From Leucoraja erinacea (taxonomy: Eukaryota), in NCBI RefSeq assembly GCF_028641065.1, contig NC_073409.1, positions 62,001 to 126,000 on the forward strand: a DNA stretch of 64,000 bases, given 5' to 3'. This document shows, piece by piece, positions 60,403 to 64,000 of the stretch. The stretch's first letter is position 1. Each line of letters opens with the position of its first letter. Made by a program: the position numbers and the translations under genes. Under the pieces are notes generated by a model. That model was given only the letters and a program-made list of their open reading frames with translations, was not told where the DNA came from and searched no databases.

Positions 60403-61374
60403 ATTCCTTCTCTCCAGAGATGCTGCCTGGCCTGCTGAGTAAAGTATTTTTTATCAAAAGATGATATTTGGGTATTTTAGAGCATGAATATAGCAAAATA
60501 ATAGTCTGGGGAAGTTGAATAAAAGACAGGGAGCATGTATATACAATATTTCAGTCGTATATAAATCAGAAAGAAGGTGGGTGCTGAGCCAATGGACAAT
60601 GGTTTTGCAAGGAAAGGTTAAACAAGCTCGTTTTGTGTCTGCTGAAGTTTAGCTAAGTGAGGGCATAATTGAAAAATAAACCAACGGCTAGTGCTCACTC
60701 AGATAGGAGCTGAATCTATTGTTTAATACGATTACACCAACTGATCTGATTGTACTCTCAAAATCACAGTCCAGTCAATTCTTCAAGTATCGAACACTTC
60801 CTTAAAAATAATCCCAAAAAATCTTCCACCACTCTGGAGGAAGCACGAGGATTCCATCCTTAAAAACTGTATCTCAGCCCTGTTAAATAGGCTTTTTTTC
60901 CTTCCTTGCTGCACATCAAGGCTATGAGAGCACCTATAAAATCTTGGTATTTGTGATTTGTGTGGTGAATTAAACAAAAAAAGCATGGCATAAATGTGTT
61001 CTTTGTGTGAGACAAAGGGGCGACATGGGTGCACCAGAGTCTGCTTGTAGAGGAACGTTGGGCTGCAGTAAGTTTATCACACAAAAATCAGGGTTCTCAC
61101 CGTATGTACTACGTAATATTCAATAAATTGAGTAGTTCTCGCTTGCCATGTGAATACGTTCTTTGAAGTGTCAGAAGAACCTGCCTGGAACCAACCAGAC
61201 TGGTATGAATGCTATAAGGGGAATATGGTGATATAACTGCAAGCTGTTGGGAAATGGAATATGCATACCAGATTTAAATAGCATTGGGACAGAGAGAAAC
61301 TGTTACCTGTGCACACTCTCGGGTACCCTGCAGTGAGAGTTGTGAAAAGATTTGTAGAATGGACAGGCAAATGG

Positions 61375-62220
61375 TTCAGAGCATCCGAGATGTCCTCATT
61401 CTTTGGGGAACAAGGGTTCCTCACTTCTATCATAGATGAAACCCTCACACGTACCTCCTCGGTACCCCCGTAGCTCTACTCTTACTCACCCCTCCCCAGT
61501 TGCAACAGGGACAGAGTTCCCCTAGTCCTCACCTTTCACCCCATCAGTCACCTCCAATAATATCCCACCACTAATCACATTTTTCCATCTCCACCCCTTT
61601 CCGCAGAGACCGTTCCCTCTGCAACTCCCTGGTTAATTCATCCCTTCCCACCTAAACCACCCCTTCCCCAGGTACTTTCCCCAGCAACCGCAGAAGATGC
61701 AATGCCTGTCCCTATACCTCCTACCTTGACTCCGTCGAAGGACCCCGATAGTCCTTTCAGGTTGGGCAGAGGTTCACTTGTACCTCCTCCAACCTCATCT
61801 ACTGTATTCGTTGTTCCAGGTGTGGGCTATTGTATATTGGCGAGACCAAGCATAGACTGGGTGACTGCTGAACACCTTTGCTCAGTCCGCCTTGGCCTAT
61901 GAGATCTCCCAGTTGCCAAACACTTTAACTCCCATTGCCATACTGACAATTCTGTCCTCCATGGTAGACAAAAAATGCTGGAGAAACTCAGCGGGCGAGG
62001 CAGCATCTATGGAGAGAAGGAATAGGCGACGTTTCGGTTCGAGACCCTTCTTCCTCTTTCTGTCCTCCATTGTCAGAGTGAGGTCAAATGCTAATTGAAC
62101 GAACACCATGTCATATTTCGCTTGGGCAGCTTGCAAACTGACGGTATGAATATTGATTTCTCTAACTTCAAGTAACTCTTGCATCCCCCTCTCTCTCCAT
62201 CCCTCCCCCTTCCTAGGTCA
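61375..62220 (+). mobile_element. Penelope-like element 3' fragment (GIY-YIG region) with a nested short terminal-repeat insertion at 61963-62057
   Basis: NLIYCIRCSRCGLLYIGETKHRL and ...GMNIDFSNFK, homologous to 1965-2700. The nested insert is flanked by the 13-bp duplication ttctgtcctccat. Confidence 0.85.
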
Positions 62221-63683
62221 TTGTACTAGTTTTGCTGCTGTCCTGTGCAGAAAGAAACTGCAGCTGCTGGTTTAAATCGAAGATAGACACAAAATGCTGG
62301 AGTAACTCAGCCGGGCAGGCAGCATCCCTGGAGAGAAGGAATGGGTGACGTTCGGTGAAGGGTCTCGACCCAAAACATCACCCACAGATGCTTCACTGTT
62401 GTCCTTTTGAGGTTTATTGTCTGTATAACACAGCCAGCAATGGACAGTTTCCTTGATCATTGTTACTTTTTTGCATATCTTTCATTCATTTGTTCTATAT
62501 CACTGCTCTTGTTTCACTTTCCCCTGATTCTCAGTCTGAAGCAGGGTCTTAACCCAAAACGTCACCGATTCCTTTTCTCCAGAGATGCTACCTGACCCGC
62601 TGCATTACTCCAGCTTTTTGTGTCTAGTTTAAACCAGTATTTACAGTTCCTTCCTGCATGGCAAATGATAAATGTTGTGGAATGCCTTTTGAATGTGGAC
62701 ACAGTTGATATCCTGCAACGGACTAGGCTTTTAGAATTGTATTGCAATGTTTCTCTCTACAATAAAATGTTTTGTATTCCAAATGATCCAGATCTCCCAC
62801 AGCTGGAACTGGTCATTATATGATGTGCAGCCAACATGGAGTTTGGTGATTCCTGTCTCCTTGCCCCTTGAGCTTTAAGCAGCTGGGTAAAAGCTGACTT
62901 TAGATTTGATTTCAAGCAAAGATAGTGTGCACAAAATTGCAGAAAGGTAAAAGTTGTAGGTTTGGATCTGAGCTGAATTATCTTCCATACAGACAGGCCA
63001 CTTTTTGCATTCTGGATTGCAATGTAGTTGTCACTGGATTTTACTAGTGGAAGGTGGCCTTTTATTAAAACATTTTTTATGAAAAACCTTGAATTGGAAT
63101 GATGTCTTTCAAAACAAGATGGTGACAAGACTGACAGCATATTTCTGTTCCAAACATTATGTAACTTTGTGAATTCCTGAGGTTTGCTCATCAAAGAGGG
63201 CATTTTTATATTTTTGCATCACACTGAGACTTGGTGACACGATTCCTGTTTTGTAACTAAAAAACAAACTAGATGTTGGAACTGTGTATATAAAAACAAT
63301 GCTGGAAATCTTCTGCAGGTCAGGCTGCAGAGTGCGAAGAGCAGTACACTGATTGCTTACTGACTTTGAATACCGTCTGCATGATTCAAATGCAAATGCT
63401 TATTATGGGCATGTTGGAATGCTTCTTAATAAACAATTAAATCCTGAACCAGATCAGCATTGGGTTTTGGCCTATGACCTATGAGAACGACAGGTGGAAT
63501 TTCTCAGCCCAGATCTGCAGATTCTTTTATGCTTGAGGTCTCAAAGACCTCATCTCTGCTATTTGCTAATCATCAGCAATACTAACTCCTAGTTTGTTTC
63601 TATTAAGATGTGTTCCTTAAACTAATATCAGATAATATTTTATACTCTGTATCATAAATCTCCAGATTAGGATTTAGAATCGG

Positions 63684-63900
63684 ATAGACACCAGATGCTG
63701 GAGTAACTCGCCGAAACGGGCAGCATCTCTGGATAGAAGGAATAGGTGACGTTTTGGGTCGAGACCTTTCGGAGTCTGAAGAAGAGTCTCAACCCGAAAC
63801 GTCACCCATTTCATCTATCCAGAAATGCTGCCTGTCCCGCTGTTACTCCAGCATTTTGTCTCTATCTTCAGTGTAAACCAGCATCTGCAGGTCCTTCCTG
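63684..63900. mobile_element. Fold-back Penelope-terminal-repeat element with a hammerhead-type core
   Basis: Inverted arms gatagacac..gctggagtaac / gttactccagc..gtctctatc; CTGAAGA at 63776 and GAAACGTC at 63796. Older relatives lie at ~4710-4890, 6690-6880, 9650-9790, 21190-21370, 32808-33130 and 62250-62650. Confidence 0.75.
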
Positions 63901-64000
63901 CACATTTAGAATCAGATACCATTTTTGGTCTTGCTCACAAACCTCTACCTCTGAAATTGTTGTCACATAAAACTTCCAAGTCCATCATTGCTTGCCCTTC

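Overview
This is vertebrate genomic DNA, most likely a cartilaginous fish such as a skate or ray. That is inferred from the repeat content: HE1/V-SINE-like elements, CR1 LINEs and abundant Penelope-like elements. Four protein-coding genes lie on the + strand. They are the last three coding exons of PLEKHO2 (6456-12402), complete 9-exon SNRPA1/U2A' (24123-34040, 256 aa), complete 6-exon SELENOS (36574-47456, 174 aa, in-frame Sec UGA, proximal stem-loop and type II SECIS), and the first coding exon of CHSY1 (58237-59004). Most long ORFs in the supplied track are retroelement fragments or translations of tandem repeats. Four things stand out. (1) A family of short Penelope-terminal-repeat derivatives carries minimal hammerhead-ribozyme motifs and occurs as TSD-flanked solo inserts, fold-back palindromes and a 66-bp tandem array. 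(2) Each of three consecutive gene starts has its own unrelated 0.75-1.6 kb G-rich minisatellite, and the SELENOS one re-copies the exon-1 splice donor. (3) A hAT-type MITE has a perfect internal 28-bp hairpin and a collapsed 26-bp sibling. (4) CHSY1 exon 1 appears to lack the intron found in mammals. All calls come from reading the sequence and recalled protein and family knowledge; no searches were run.
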